Of a stretch of DNA of 61,819 nt, positions 29,125 through 39,348 are shown piece by piece. The stretch's first letter is position 1; each line of letters starts with the position of its first letter. A model generated the notes under the pieces. The model made no database searches. It was not told the DNA's origin and worked only from the letters and a program-made list of their open reading frames with translations. This stretch comes from Chitinophagales bacterium (GTDB lineage Bacteria; Bacillota; UBA5301; DYFA01), in NCBI GenBank assembly GCA_050260095.1, contig JBLNBQ010000179.1:1-61819 (forward strand), given 5' to 3'. Made by a program: the position numbers and the translations under genes.

Positions 29125-29890
29125 TGGTCGCCGGCCAGACGAACTGCGCCCGGTCAAGTTCACCCGCAACTTCCTGAAGCACGCCGAGGGCTCCTGCCTG
29201 ATCGAGGTGGGGGAGACGAAGGTGCTCTGCGCGGCCTCGCTCGAGAGCAAGGTGCCGCCCTGGCTGCGGGGGAACGGGCAAGGCTGGGTGACCGCCGAAT
29301 ACGCGATGCTGCCGCGGGCGACCGGCACCCGGACGCCCCGCGAGCGGAGCACCGGCAAGCAGAGCGGGCGGACGCTGGAGATTCAACGCCTGGTGGGGAG
29401 GTCGCTCCGGTCGGTGATCGACCTGACGGCCCTCGGCGAGCGCACCATCTGGCTCGACTGCGACGTGATCCAGGCCGACGGTGGCACCCGGACGGCCTCG
29501 GTCACCGGCGCCTTCCTCGCCCTTGCCGACGCCTTGCTCACCATCCGGCGCGACGCAGGGTGGGAAAGGCTGCCGCTCACCGGGTTCCTGGCGGCTACCA
29601 GCGTTGGGATCGTCGAAGGCGAGCCCCGCCTGGATCTGGCCTTCGCTGAAGACTCCAAGGCCGATGTCGACATGAACGTGGTCATGACCGACCGCGGCGA
29701 GTTCGTGGAGGTGCAGGGGACGGGCGAAAGCCGGCCCTTCAGCCGGGCCGAGCTGGATGGGCTCCTGGGCTTGGCGGGCGAGGGGATCAGCCGGCTCATC
29801 GCCCTGCAGAAAGAGGCGCTCGGCGAGGCGGCCGCGCTGGTGGGAGGCTGGAAGAGTGGCAACCGTCCTCGTGTTGGCGTCGCGGAATAG
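29111..29890 (+). CDS. rph: Ribonuclease PH
   Basis: [49 protein letters not shown]. Confidence 0.96.
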   Translation: MERPDGRRPDELRPVKFTRNFLKHAEGSCLIEVGETKVLCAASLESKVPPWLRGNGQGWVTAEYAMLPRATGTRTPRERSTGKQSGRTLEIQRLVGRSLRSVIDLTALGERTIWLDCDVIQADGGTRTASVTGAFLALADALLTIRRDAGWERLPLTGFLAATSVGIVEGEPRLDLAFAEDSKADVDMNVVMTDRGEFVEVQGTGESRPFSRAELDGLLGLAGEGISRLIALQKEALGEAAALVGGWKSGNRPRVGVAE

Positions 29891-30458
29891 ACACAAGTGC
29901 GAAGAACTGCGGCAGCTCCTCAAGGGCCTGCCGGTCGACTTGAAGCTCCTCTCCGACTATCCTGGCGCCCCCGACGTGGAGGAGGACGGCGAGACCTTCG
30001 CGGAGAACGCGATCAAGAAGGCCCGGGCGGCGGCTGAGTTCACCGGCGAGTGGAGCCTGGCCGACGACTCGGGGTTGGTGGTCGACGCGCTGGGCGGGGC
30101 GCCCGGCGTCCACTCGGCGCGGTTCGCCGGCGAACCCCGGAGCGACGCCCGGAACAACCAGAAGCTCCTCCGGTTGCTGGAAGGCGTGCCGGCGGAACGC
30201 CGCACGGCCCGCTTCAAGGCGGTCATCGCGCTGGCCGGCCCCCACGGCGAGCTCGACGTGGTCGAGGGGACGGCCGAAGGACGGGTCATCGAGGAACTGC
30301 GCGGGGCGGGCGGCTTCGGGTACGACCCTCTCTTCCTCTTCCCCGAACTCGGACGGACGATGGCGGAACTCAGCCCGGCCGAGAAAAACGAACTCTCGCA
30401 CCGGGGGCTGGCTGTAAAAGCCCTGCTCGGGCGCCTCGAGGAACGGTTCGGCGCCTGA
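29856..30458 (+). CDS. rdgB: dITP/XTP pyrophosphatase (HAM1 family)
   Basis: [34 protein letters not shown]. Confidence 0.94.
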   Translation: MATVLVLASRNRHKCEELRQLLKGLPVDLKLLSDYPGAPDVEEDGETFAENAIKKARAAAEFTGEWSLADDSGLVVDALGGAPGVHSARFAGEPRSDARNNQKLLRLLEGVPAERRTARFKAVIALAGPHGELDVVEGTAEGRVIEELRGAGGFGYDPLFLFPELGRTMAELSPAEKNELSHRGLAVKALLGRLEERFGA

Positions 30459-30470
30459 ATGCGTCCGCCG

Positions 30471-30500
30471 TTGACTGCCGGGCGCGGCCGGTGCTATCAT
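30471..30500 (+). promoter_or_regulatory. Sigma-A promoter for tRNA-Pro
   Basis: TTGACT, 18-bp spacer, TG-C-TATCAT. Confidence 0.6.
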
Positions 30501-30519
30501 AGGGATGCATCAGGCGAGG

Positions 30520-30596
30520 CGGGGCGTAGCGCAGTTTGGTAGCGCATCTGCTTTGGGAGCAGAGGGTCGCAGGTTCGAATCCTGTCGCCCCGACCA
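30520..30596 (+). tRNA. tRNA-Pro(TGG)
   Basis: Cloverleaf; anticodon arm TCTGC-TT-TGG-GA-GCAGA; GTTCGAA T-loop; encoded CCA. Confidence 0.96.
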
Positions 30597-30607
30597 CCAC
30601 TTGAGGG

Positions 30608-30637
30608 TTGCAGAAGGCCGGCTACCTGTGCTATCAT
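30608..30637 (+). promoter_or_regulatory. Sigma-A promoter for tRNA-Arg/tRNA-His
   Basis: TTGCAG, 18-bp spacer, TG-C-TATCAT (same GTGCTATCAT as the tRNA-Pro promoter). Confidence 0.55.
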
Positions 30638-30665
30638 GAGTAGGCTGGCCGGAAAGCGAGAACAT

Positions 30666-30741
30666 GCGCCTGTAGCTCAGTGGATAGAGCAGCTGCCTTC
30701 TAAGCAGCGGGCCGCAGGTTCGATTCCTGCCAGGCGCGCCA
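30666..30741 (+). tRNA. tRNA-Arg(TCT)
   Basis: Anticodon arm GCTGC-CT-TCT-AA-GCAGC; T-loop; encoded CCA. Confidence 0.96.
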
Positions 30742-30759
30742 GTTCCTCGCAAGCCGTAT

Positions 30760-30837
30760 GGTGGGTATAGCTCAGTTGGTTAGAGCGCCAGGTTGTGGCC
30801 CTGGAGGCCGTGGGTTCGAGTCCCACTACTCACCCCA
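30760..30837 (+). tRNA. tRNA-His(GTG)
   Basis: G-1, anticodon arm CCAGG-TT-GTG-GC-CCTGG, C73 and CCA. Confidence 0.96.
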
Positions 30838-30845
30838 AAGATTCA

Positions 30846-30876
30846 GCGCCGCTTCTGCCAGAAGCGGCGTTTTTTT
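30846..30876 (+). terminator. Intrinsic terminator after the tRNA cluster
   Basis: CGCCGCTTCT/AGAAGCGGCG stem followed by T7. Confidence 0.85.
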
Positions 30877-30911
30877 GCTGCTTAGGGGAAGGCTAACGCA
30901 CAGGTGAGACA

Positions 30912-32636
30912 GTGGCACACTCCCGCAAGCCCCCGAAGCAGCCGAATTCGCTGACCGACGCCATCCGGCGCCTCTGGAAGGCGAGCGATCCGGAGGCTGA
31001 GCCCCGGCCGACCGAGTTCTCCCTGGGCAACCGGCCGGCGCACCCGTCGAACCCTCCCGCGCCGGAGAACACTGAGCCGGATCTCTCCCGGAGCCTGGAG
31101 GACAACTTGGCCCGGCTCAGGCAGGCGCTTCACGCCGACCTCAATTCCGACGTGGTCTTCCGCCAGTTCGAACTCGGTTTCAAGAAGCCCCGCCGCGCCT
31201 TCCTCCTGTACGTGGAGGGCCTGGTGGACAAGGCGACGGAGAACCAGTTCATCCTGGAGCCCCTGATGCTGCTGGTCCGGCTCCGCCCCGAACTGCCGGA
31301 GGGCGAAATCATCCGCTGCCTGGCGGAGCACCTGACGCCGGCCACCTCGACCAGTATCGAGCAGAACCTAGGCTCCGTCATAGACAAGGTGCTGACCGGC
31401 ATCACGGCCCTGTTCGTCGAGGGGAGCGCGGAAGCGCTGCTCATCGAGACGAAAGGCTGGAAGATGCGGAGCATCGATAAGCCTTCCTCCGAGCCGGCAG
31501 TCCGCGGGCCGCAGGAAGCGTTCACCGAGACCTTGCGGGTCAACACCGCCCTTGTCCGCCGCAGATTGCGCACCAAGGACCTGGTCGTGGAGGCGCTGCC
31601 GGTGGGAAACCTCAGCAAGACCGACGTCGCCCTCATCTACATCCAGGGGCTCACCAACCCCAAGCTGGTAGAGGAGGTTCGCCGGCGGCTGCGGGGCATC
31701 AAGATGGATTATGCCGCTTCCAGCGGCATGATCGAGCACATGCTCGTGGATCATCCCCACAGCCCGTTCCCTCAGGTGATGCCGACCGAGCGCCCGGACC
31801 GGGTGGCGGCGTCCGTGGCGGAGGGCTACGTCGCAGTCATCGTGGACACCTCTCCCTTCGCGCTGGTTCTTCCGGCCACCTTCACGAGCGCGATCCATAG
31901 CGCCGAAGACTATTACATCCTGTGGCCGCTGGCCTCGTTCGCCCGCCTGATCAGGGTGGCGGCCATGCTCACCTCCTTGCTCCTGCCGGGCTTCTATATC
32001 GCCGCTGTGAGCTACCACTCCGAGATGCTGCCGACCCCGCTGCTCCTGGCCATCGCCGGCAGCCGGCTGACCATCCCTTTCCCGCTCTGGCTGGAGGTTC
32101 TCATAATGGAGTTCTCCTTCCAGCTGGTGCGCGAGGCTGGCGTCCGGATTCCGAGCGTCATCGGACCGACCATCGGCATCGTGGGCGCGCTCATCCTGGG
32201 ACAGGCCTCGGTGGCTGCCAACCTGATCAGCCCCATCCCAGTGGTGCTGGTGGCGCTCACCGCCCTGGGCTCCTTCTTGGTGCCCAACTATCAAGCCTCC
32301 TACACTCTCCAGGTCGCGCGCTTCGCCATTATCGTGGCCGGGTCGGTCTTCGGCTTCTACGGCATCGTGCTCGCGGTCTACGTGATGTCGCTCCACCTCG
32401 TCAGCCTCACGAGCTTCGGAGTGCCGATGGTTTCCCCGGTCGGCCCCTACGAGCCTGGCTCGGGCGACCTGATCCTGGTCCAGCCGACTTCCTCCTTCGA
32501 GACCCGTCCCAGCTTCCTGCGCCCGGTGAAGGAGCGGAAGCAGCCGAACATCTCCCGCCAGTGGGACATGCCCGAACCAACCTCCGGGCAGTCGACCGCG
32601 GGACAAGAGGAGAGCGACCGTGAGCCCTCTGATTAG
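30912..32636 (+). CDS. Spore germination receptor, A subunit (GerAA/GerKA family)
   Basis: EPAVRGPQEAFTE, TERPDRV, REAGVRIP..IGIVGALILGQASV. Confidence 0.93.
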   Translation: MAHSRKPPKQPNSLTDAIRRLWKASDPEAEPRPTEFSLGNRPAHPSNPPAPENTEPDLSRSLEDNLARLRQALHADLNSDVVFRQFELGFKKPRRAFLLYVEGLVDKATENQFILEPLMLLVRLRPELPEGEIIRCLAEHLTPATSTSIEQNLGSVIDKVLTGITALFVEGSAEALLIETKGWKMRSIDKPSSEPAVRGPQEAFTETLRVNTALVRRRLRTKDLVVEALPVGNLSKTDVALIYIQGLTNPKLVEEVRRRLRGIKMDYAASSGMIEHMLVDHPHSPFPQVMPTERPDRVAASVAEGYVAVIVDTSPFALVLPATFTSAIHSAEDYYILWPLASFARLIRVAAMLTSLLLPGFYIAAVSYHSEMLPTPLLLAIAGSRLTIPFPLWLEVLIMEFSFQLVREAGVRIPSVIGPTIGIVGALILGQASVAANLISPIPVVLVALTALGSFLVPNYQASYTLQVARFAIIVAGSVFGFYGIVLAVYVMSLHLVSLTSFGVPMVSPVGPYEPGSGDLILVQPTSSFETRPSFLRPVKERKQPNISRQWDMPEPTSGQSTAGQEESDREPSD

Positions 32637-33732
32637 GCAGGGTCACATCGGGGCCACGGAGGCGACCGTGATTCTCGCGACGGCGGTCGGCGGCAAGCTC
32701 CTGTTCATCTCCCGGACCGCCGCGGAGGCGGCCGCGACAGCCGGGTGGATGCTGCCGCTCATCAACGCCGTGGTGGCGTTTCTCTTCTTCTGCCTGGCGG
32801 TCCGGGTCTTCGACCCCGAGTCCTCCGAAGGGCTGGTGGAACAGTACGAGCGCCAGGCCGGTCTCTTGGGAACGCTCCTGGTGCTCGCCGTCGCGCTCGA
32901 CTTCCTGCTGCTCGAGGGGCTCACGATCCGCCGGTTCGGCGCCGAGACCCGTACCATCATCCTGCCCACCACGCCGGTCATCTTCATTGAACTGGTAGCC
33001 TTCATCGCCATCTCCTACGCCGCCGCGCTGGGGATCGAAAGCCTCGGCCGCGCCTCGATGCTCTACGGCGTCCCGATGGCCATCACCGTGCTGGCGCTGT
33101 TGGTGGTCGCCATCGCCCGGGCCCGGCCCGGCAACCTTTTGCCCCTGCTCGGCAACGGGCTCCGGCCGCTGCTCTACAGCGGAACGCTGGGCGGGTTCTA
33201 CCGCGAACTCTGGGTCCTGCTGGCCATGTGGCCGTACCTGCGGGAACGCCACCAGATGCTGCGGATAGGCGCAATCGGGGTTGCGCTGACCGGGGTGCTG
33301 CAGTCTCTGGTGGTGGCCGTGACCCTGGCGGTGATCGCCATGCCGGCCACGACGCGCCTGCCGTTTCCGGTGGCCGAGATCGCCCGGGCGGCCCAGCTGG
33401 GGGAGTACATCAGCAATCTGGAGGCGGTCTTCACCTTCCTGTTGGCCTTCGTCGTGCTGCTGCACCTCTCGATGATCTACTGGACCGTGCTGCTGCTGAT
33501 GGCGGACCTCCTGCGCATCCCGAACTACCGGCAGCTTGTCCCCATCGCCTCCATGGCGGTGCTGGCAGCTTCACTCCTGCCGAAAGGGCTCGCGGAAACG
33601 CTGACGCTTGGCGAGCAGATTCGTCATTTTGGCTCCCTCGTCATCTACCCGCTGCTGGTCGTGGTCTGGCTGGTGACACTGGTCAAACGGCGGCGGCGCG
33701 GGAAAGGGAAGGAGGCGGGCGGTCCTGCCTAG
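32620..33732 (+). CDS. Spore germination receptor, B subunit (GerAB family)
   Basis: Polytopic membrane protein, ILPTTP, LGIESLGR; lies between the A and C subunit genes. Confidence 0.85.
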   Translation: MSPLIRQGHIGATEATVILATAVGGKLLFISRTAAEAAATAGWMLPLINAVVAFLFFCLAVRVFDPESSEGLVEQYERQAGLLGTLLVLAVALDFLLLEGLTIRRFGAETRTIILPTTPVIFIELVAFIAISYAAALGIESLGRASMLYGVPMAITVLALLVVAIARARPGNLLPLLGNGLRPLLYSGTLGGFYRELWVLLAMWPYLRERHQMLRIGAIGVALTGVLQSLVVAVTLAVIAMPATTRLPFPVAEIARAAQLGEYISNLEAVFTFLLAFVVLLHLSMIYWTVLLLMADLLRIPNYRQLVPIASMAVLAASLLPKGLAETLTLGEQIRHFGSLVIYPLLVVVWLVTLVKRRRRGKGKEAGGPA

Positions 33733-35065
33733 ACGGAGGCTGCTGTCCGTGGCACTCCTCCTGCTGCTGATGCTGGTCGCCTCTCCCGGCTGCTGGGACT
33801 ATCGGGAGATCAACGATTTGGCCATCGTGAGCGCGCTCGGCATAGACGTGACCGGGGATGCCCGGACCGTCAGGGCCAGCGTGCTGATCGCGCTGCCCGG
33901 CGGGGGTGGCGGCGGGGGAGGCGGCGGCGGGGCGGGCGGGATGAGTTCGGGTCCGCCCGCGCTCATGGAAATGGCCGAGGGCGTCTCGCTCGGGGAAGCC
34001 TTCAACCGGCTCAACTCCTTCACCGGACGGCGGCCCATCTTCTCGCACACCCGGGTGCTCGTCTTCAGCGAGAAAGCGGCCAGGCAAGGCCTTGAGCGGC
34101 TCCTCGACGTGCTGACCCGCTGGTATGAGTTCCGGCGGACGATGGTGGTCTTCATCGCCCGGCCCGACGCCGCACAGTGTCTCGACATCGAGTCGCCGCT
34201 CAGCAAAGACCCCACCAATTTCCTGCTGGGGTTGGCCAGGAGTCCGGTCCTGGCGGGGGCGAACGCTCCCACGATGCAGGACCTCCTCGATGGGCTTCAG
34301 TCGTCAAGGCGCGAGGCGCTGATCCCGCTGATCGAACCTGTGCCGACCCCGCACGTCCACGCCGGCGGCCCGGGCGGCGGCGGAGGGGGTGGCGGCGGTG
34401 GCAGCAGCGCAGGTGGCAGGGAAGGTGGCGGTCAGGAGCAGCCGCGTCGCGAACCGGCCGTCCGGGTGGCGGGGCTGGCCGTGATGAGGCGCGACCGGAT
34501 GATCGCCGTCCTCAACCCGGCCGAGACCCTGGATTGGCTGATCCTCACGGGGCGGATGAAGCGGGCCTTCGCCGTGCTGCCGGACCCGCGGCGCCCGGGG
34601 CGCCACATAACGGTGCAGTTCAGCGGCGTCCAGCGGCGGATCAAGGCGCGGCGGGGGAACCCGCCCTCCGTCCACATCGAGTTGACCCTGCCAGCGGAGA
34701 TCGCCGAGATCGAATCCGGCCTTGACTACGCGACGGCTGCGGGGCGGGACCGGCTCGAGACCTCTTGCGAGCAGGCCATCCAACGGGATCTGGAGAAGCT
34801 GGTCCGGCGGGCGCAGCACGAATTCCGCACCGACATTTTCGATTTCGGGGAGTTCTTCATCGGCAAGTTCCTGTACTGGGACGAGTGGCTCAAATACGGT
34901 TGGCTTCGCCGGCAGTTCCCCCGGGCCGACATCCGTTTGCACGTCAACGTCAGCATCATCCGCCCGGGCGCGACCCTGCGGCCCATTCGGCCGATGCTGC
35001 AGGATTCAGGAGGGTCTACGGAAGTGGCAGCGGGCGAAGCAGCACGTACACGGTCACAGCGCTGA
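33725..35065 (+). CDS. Spore germination receptor, C subunit lipoprotein (Ger(x)C); start either CTG 33725 or GTG 33749
   Basis: Lipobox SPGC-WDYREINDLAIV..GID, HTRVLVFSE, TDIFDFG. Confidence 0.88.
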   Translation: MPRRRLLSVALLLLLMLVASPGCWDYREINDLAIVSALGIDVTGDARTVRASVLIALPGGGGGGGGGGGAGGMSSGPPALMEMAEGVSLGEAFNRLNSFTGRRPIFSHTRVLVFSEKAARQGLERLLDVLTRWYEFRRTMVVFIARPDAAQCLDIESPLSKDPTNFLLGLARSPVLAGANAPTMQDLLDGLQSSRREALIPLIEPVPTPHVHAGGPGGGGGGGGGGSSAGGREGGGQEQPRREPAVRVAGLAVMRRDRMIAVLNPAETLDWLILTGRMKRAFAVLPDPRRPGRHITVQFSGVQRRIKARRGNPPSVHIELTLPAEIAEIESGLDYATAAGRDRLETSCEQAIQRDLEKLVRRAQHEFRTDIFDFGEFFIGKFLYWDEWLKYGWLRRQFPRADIRLHVNVSIIRPGATLRPIRPMLQDSGGSTEVAAGEAARTRSQR

Positions 35066-35195
35066 CGGCCGCCGTGAAGAGCAACAGCCCCAGGCCACCG
35101 CGCACGTTGCCCGCCCGCCAGGCGCGGATGGCCAAGGTGACCGTGTAGGCGACGATCGAGGCGGCGGCCACGCCAAGGGCGAAAGCGGTCGGCAC
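35016..35195 (-). CDS. Small two-helix membrane protein (hypothetical)
   Basis: GGAGGTG RBS before the GTG; two hydrophobic segments flank AWRAGNVRGG. Confidence 0.5.
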   Translation of the reverse strand: MPTAFALGVAAASIVAYTVTLAIRAWRAGNVRGGLGLLLFTAAVSAVTVYVLLRPLPLP

Positions 35196-35212
35196 GGGGG
35201 AGGCACCTCCGG

Positions 35213-35241
35213 TTGAACCCCGCTGCGGGGTATGGTATGAT
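35213..35241 (+). promoter_or_regulatory. Sigma-A promoter for tRNA-Leu
   Basis: TTGAAC, 17-bp spacer, TG-G-TATGAT. Confidence 0.6.
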
Positions 35242-35252
35242 TTTTGCGGCAC

Positions 35253-35335
35253 GCGGAGATGGCGGAACTGGCAGACGCGCTAGCCTTAGGAGCTAGTGGG
35301 CGACCGTGCGGGTTCGATTCCCGCTCTCCGCACCA
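35253..35335 (+). tRNA. tRNA-Leu(TAG)
   Basis: Anticodon arm CTAGC-CT-TAG-GA-GCTAG, long variable arm, encoded CCA. Confidence 0.95.
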
Positions 35336-35394
35336 ACTGAAGACGAGATGGGGCGCCCGTTGCGGGCGCCCCTCACGCGTGCGCCCGCCCGGAG

Positions 35395-35643
35395 CTAGCC
35401 CTGGGCTGGCGGGCTGGCGGCGCCCTCTTCCTCGGCGAGCTTCTCCTCGCCCTTCTCGATCAGGCGCTTGACCATGTTCCCGCCGATCTTCCCGGCCTCC
35501 CGGACCGAGAGTTGGTCGGGATCCTGAAGGTCATCGTCGAGCCCCAGGTCGCGGGCCACCTCCATCTTGAGGTTCTCGTGGGCGTCCTCTTTCGCCTGTC
35601 CCTGCTGCTGTTTCGCCCGGTTCATCATGTCCAGGAAACTCAC
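35395..35643 (-). CDS. Small acid-soluble spore protein, alpha/beta-type
   Basis: LKMEVARDLG..LSVREAGKIGGNMVKRLI; GTG start after GGGAGGTG. Confidence 0.85.
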   Translation of the reverse strand: MSFLDMMNRAKQQQGQAKEDAHENLKMEVARDLGLDDDLQDPDQLSVREAGKIGGNMVKRLIEKGEEKLAEEEGAASPPAQG

Positions 35644-35858
35644 CGACGGCCACCTCCCGCAGAAATTGGGTACGGATATATCATTTCTCTCCCGCGGCAA
35701 GACAAATCCAGCCGGCCCGCTGTGGTATAATAGCCACGCAACGCTCGGAGGCCGGAAGAAGAGGAGAACCTGCGGTTTCCAGCGAAGACTACACGGAACG
35801 CCCGGACGGTCGAACACCGAACTGCCGCCGGACATAGATTGTTGCAGGAGGAGAATGG

Positions 35859-37247
35859 ATGCAAACGGAGTTGGCCAGACTAGAGGGTAATCGTGTCGAA
35901 CTGAAGATCGAAGTGCCGGCTGATGAAGTCGAGCGGGCGTTCGCCCGGGCTTACGCCAACGTCGCGGCGAAAGTGCGCATCCCCGGCTTTCGGAAGGGCA
36001 AGGCGCCCCGGGCGCTGATCCAGCGTTTCGTGGGGCAAGGGGCCGTGATGGAAGAGGCCTTCGAACAGCTCTTCCCCAAAGCCTACTTCGAGGCGCTCAA
36101 GGAGACCGGGGTCGAGCCGATCGAGCAACCCGAGGTTTCCGACCTCGCGCTCGAAGAGGGTAAACCGTGCACCTTCAAAGTGCAGGTCGAGGTGATGCCC
36201 GAGGTCAAGCTGGGCCAATACCGCGGCCTTTCGGCGGTCAAGGCCGTCACGCCGGTGACCGACATCGATGTGGCCTCGGTGCTGGAGAACCTCCGGGAAC
36301 GCCAGGCCGAACTGGTCGAGAGCGAGAAGGAGAAGTTGGAGCCGGGCCTGTTCGCGGTGATCGACTTCGATGGCTTCATCGACGGGGCGCCCTTCTCGGG
36401 CGGTGCCGGCCGGGACGTTCAGATCGAGATCGGCGGCGGGCGGTTCCTGCCCGGCTTCGAAGAGGGGCTGGTCGGTGCGGCGAAGGGCGAGGAGCGGGAA
36501 GTGACCGTTCCGTTCCCGGAGAACTACCACGCCCGCCACTTGGCCGGGAAAGAGGCCGTCTTCAAGATCAAGGTCAAGGAGATCAAGGAGAAAAAGGTCC
36601 CGGAGCTTGACGATGAGTTCGCCAAGGACGTGTCCGATTTCGCGACCCTGGAAGAGCTGAAGGAGGACATCCGGCGGCGAATCGGGGAAGAGCGCGACAA
36701 GGCCGCCCAGGAGGCGGTGGAGAACCAGCTGATCGCCGCCGCCGCCGAGAACGCCTCGGTGGAAGTGCCGGAGAAGCTGGTGGAGCGCCGCGTGGAGCGG
36801 AAGTTCGCTGAGTTCGTGCAGCGCCTGGAGGAGGGCGGCTATACCCTCGCCGACTACCTGGGCGAGGAGCGGACCGAAGAGGATCTCCGGAACGACCTGA
36901 AGGAGGCGGCGCGCGAAGAGGTCAAGACCCGGCTGGTCGTCGAGGCCATCGTCAAGGCCGAAGGGATCACGGTCAGCGATGATGAGGTCCAGGCGCGGCT
37001 GGTCGCCCTCGCTGGCGGGAACGAAGAGCAGGGGAAGAGCCTGAAGGACCGGCTCGAAAAGGAAGGCCGGTACCTCGACTTTGTGGACCGGATGGCATCT
37101 GAGCGGGCGGTAAACCTTCTCGTGGAAACGGCGGACATTAAAGAAGAGGTAACCCCGACCGAACCGGAGAAGGATAAGAAGGCGAAGACCCGCCGGAGTC
37201 CCCGCAAGAAAGCCGGGGCTGCCGACGCGAAGGAGGATGAGGCGTGA
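35859..37247 (+). CDS. tig: Trigger factor
   Basis: [39 protein letters not shown]. Confidence 0.96.
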   Translation: MQTELARLEGNRVELKIEVPADEVERAFARAYANVAAKVRIPGFRKGKAPRALIQRFVGQGAVMEEAFEQLFPKAYFEALKETGVEPIEQPEVSDLALEEGKPCTFKVQVEVMPEVKLGQYRGLSAVKAVTPVTDIDVASVLENLRERQAELVESEKEKLEPGLFAVIDFDGFIDGAPFSGGAGRDVQIEIGGGRFLPGFEEGLVGAAKGEEREVTVPFPENYHARHLAGKEAVFKIKVKEIKEKKVPELDDEFAKDVSDFATLEELKEDIRRRIGEERDKAAQEAVENQLIAAAAENASVEVPEKLVERRVERKFAEFVQRLEEGGYTLADYLGEERTEEDLRNDLKEAAREEVKTRLVVEAIVKAEGITVSDDEVQARLVALAGGNEEQGKSLKDRLEKEGRYLDFVDRMASERAVNLLVETADIKEEVTPTEPEKDKKAKTRRSPRKKAGAADAKEDEA

Positions 37248-37852
37248 GCACCTTGGTTCCGATGGTCGTCGAGCAGACCAATCGCGGCGAGCGGGCCTAT
37301 GACATCTTCAGCCGGCTGCTTAAGGACCGCATCGTCTTTCTCGGTGGCCCAATCGAGGACCACATCGCCAATCTGGCGATCGCCCAGATGATCTTCCTGG
37401 AGGGAGAGGATCCGGAGAAGGACATCTTCCTCTACATCAACTCGCCGGGCGGCGACATCTACGCAGGGCTGGCCATCTACGACACGATGCAGTACATCCG
37501 GTGCGACGTCTCGACCATCTGCGTGGGGATGGCGGCCAGCATGGCCGCGGTGCTGCTGGCGGCAGGGACGAAGGGCAAGCGCTACGCGCTGCCGAACTCG
37601 CGCATCATGATCCACCAACCCCTCGGGGGCTTCCAGGGCCAGGCCAAGGACCTGGAGATCAGGGCCAAGGAGATCCTGACCTTGAAGAAAGGGCTCAACC
37701 AGATCCTGGTGAAACATACGGGACAGCCCTATGAGAAGATCGACGCCGACACCGACCGCGACTACTTCATGTCGGCGGAGGAAGCGAAGGTGTACGGGCT
37801 CATCGACTCGGTGTTCACGGAAAAGAGGAAGATCGGCCAGGAAGTCAGGTGA
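37244..37852 (+). CDS. clpP: Clp protease proteolytic subunit
   Basis: [30 protein letters not shown]. Confidence 0.97.
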   Translation: MSTLVPMVVEQTNRGERAYDIFSRLLKDRIVFLGGPIEDHIANLAIAQMIFLEGEDPEKDIFLYINSPGGDIYAGLAIYDTMQYIRCDVSTICVGMAASMAAVLLAAGTKGKRYALPNSRIMIHQPLGGFQGQAKDLEIRAKEILTLKKGLNQILVKHTGQPYEKIDADTDRDYFMSAEEAKVYGLIDSVFTEKRKIGQEVR

Positions 37853-37856
37853 AGAC

Positions 37857-39119
37857 ATGTTCAAGTTTGGCGACGAGAAGGGCCAACTGAAGTGCTCGTT
37901 CTGCGGCAAGACCCAGGAACAGGTCAAGAAGTTGATCGCCGGCCCGGGGGTCTATATCTGCGACGAGTGCATCGAGTTGTGCACCGAGATCATCGAAGAG
38001 GAGTTCAACGAGGACGTCGAGGTTGAACTGGGCAGCATCCCCAAGCCCGGCGAGATCAAGGACATCCTCGACCAGTACGTCATCGGGCAGGAGCACGCCA
38101 AGCGGGCGCTGGCCGTCGCGGTCTACAACCACTACAAGCGCATCAACGCGGGCGCCCGACTCGACGACGTCGAACTCCAGAAGTCGAACATCCTGTTGCT
38201 CGGTCCGACGGGATGCGGGAAGACCCTGCTCGCCCAAACGCTCGCGAAGATCCTGAACGTTCCGTTTGCCATCGCCGACGCCACCAGCCTCACGGAGGCC
38301 GGCTACGTCGGGGAAGATGTGGAGAACATCCTGCTCAAGCTGATCCAGAACGCCGACTACGATATCGAAAAGGCCGAGAAGGGCATCGTCTACATCGACG
38401 AGGTCGACAAGATCGCCCGGAAGTCGGAGAACCCGTCCATCACCCGCGACGTGTCGGGCGAGGGCGTGCAGCAGGCGCTCCTGAAGATTCTCGAAGGCAC
38501 GGTCGCCTCCGTGCCGCCGCAGGGCGGCCGGAAGCACCCGCACCAGGAGTTCATCCAGATCGACACGACGAACATCCTGTTCATCTGCGGCGGCGCCTTC
38601 GAGGGTCTCGAGAAGATCATCGAGAACCGGACGGGCAAGAAGACGCTGGGCTTCGGGGCCGAGGTCAAGAGCCGGGCCGAGAAGCCCATCGGGGAGATCC
38701 TGCGGCAGATCATGCCGGAAGACCTGCTCAAGTTCGGGCTCATCCCCGAGTTCGTGGGCCGGCTGCCGATCGTGGTCACGCTCGACCCGCTTGACGAAGA
38801 CGCGCTCGTCCGCATCCTGTGCGAGCCGCGCAACGCCCTGGTGAAGCAGTTCAAGAAGCTGCTCGAACTGGACGGGGTCGAGGTCGAGTTCACGCCGGAG
38901 GCGCTGAGGCTCATCTCCCGCAAGGCGATCAAGCGGAAGACCGGGGCGCGGGGCCTGCGCTCCATCATCGAGGAGTTCATGCTCGATGTGATGTTCGAAC
39001 TGCCCGCGCAGGATGACGTCAAGAAGTGCGTCATCAACGAGCAGGTGGTCGAGCGGGAGGCGCCGCCGATCCTGGTCAGGACCGAACGGCGGGCCAAGAA
39101 GAAGGAGAATACGGCCTGA
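37857..39119 (+). CDS. clpX: Clp protease ATP-binding subunit ClpX
   Basis: CSFCGK zinc finger, [27 protein letters not shown]. Confidence 0.97.
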   Translation: MFKFGDEKGQLKCSFCGKTQEQVKKLIAGPGVYICDECIELCTEIIEEEFNEDVEVELGSIPKPGEIKDILDQYVIGQEHAKRALAVAVYNHYKRINAGARLDDVELQKSNILLLGPTGCGKTLLAQTLAKILNVPFAIADATSLTEAGYVGEDVENILLKLIQNADYDIEKAEKGIVYIDEVDKIARKSENPSITRDVSGEGVQQALLKILEGTVASVPPQGGRKHPHQEFIQIDTTNILFICGGAFEGLEKIIENRTGKKTLGFGAEVKSRAEKPIGEILRQIMPEDLLKFGLIPEFVGRLPIVVTLDPLDEDALVRILCEPRNALVKQFKKLLELDGVEVEFTPEALRLISRKAIKRKTGARGLRSIIEEFMLDVMFELPAQDDVKKCVINEQVVEREAPPILVRTERRAKKKENTA

Positions 39120-39140
39120 CGCGGCACAAGACCATAGGTC

Positions 39141-39187
39141 AACCGGCAACTGGGTCTACCCTGACCCGGCTGCCGGTTTTTGTTTTT
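39141..39187 (+). terminator. Probable terminator after clpX
   Basis: AACCGGCA..GGGTC/GACCC..TGCCGGTT stem followed by a T-rich tail. Confidence 0.6.
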
Positions 39188-39348
39188 CCGGGGGCGGGAT
39201 GAGCGCAATTGCCGGGAGAGATAATACTAGCAGCCTTGAGGAACCCGCTTTTAGCTGGGAAAACAATGTGAAGGCTCCTGGCGGACGACCATCTGCCGGG
39301 AGCCGCACGTTGAGTGACTTGAGGTGAGAGACGGCAAAGAGAGAAGGG

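Noticed and set aside
30370-30752. Minus-strand ORFs 30370-30600 and 30510-30752
   Set aside because: They are antisense translations of tRNA genes.
30520-35335. Integrated element at the tRNA genes
   Set aside because: No integrase and no duplicated tRNA 3' end were seen. The intervening genes are a normal germination operon.
39190-39270. Sigma-F/G promoter for lonB (similar candidates before the ger operon, SASP gene and structured RNA)
   Set aside because: There are partial -10 matches, but the spacing to a -35 element was not convincing by eye.
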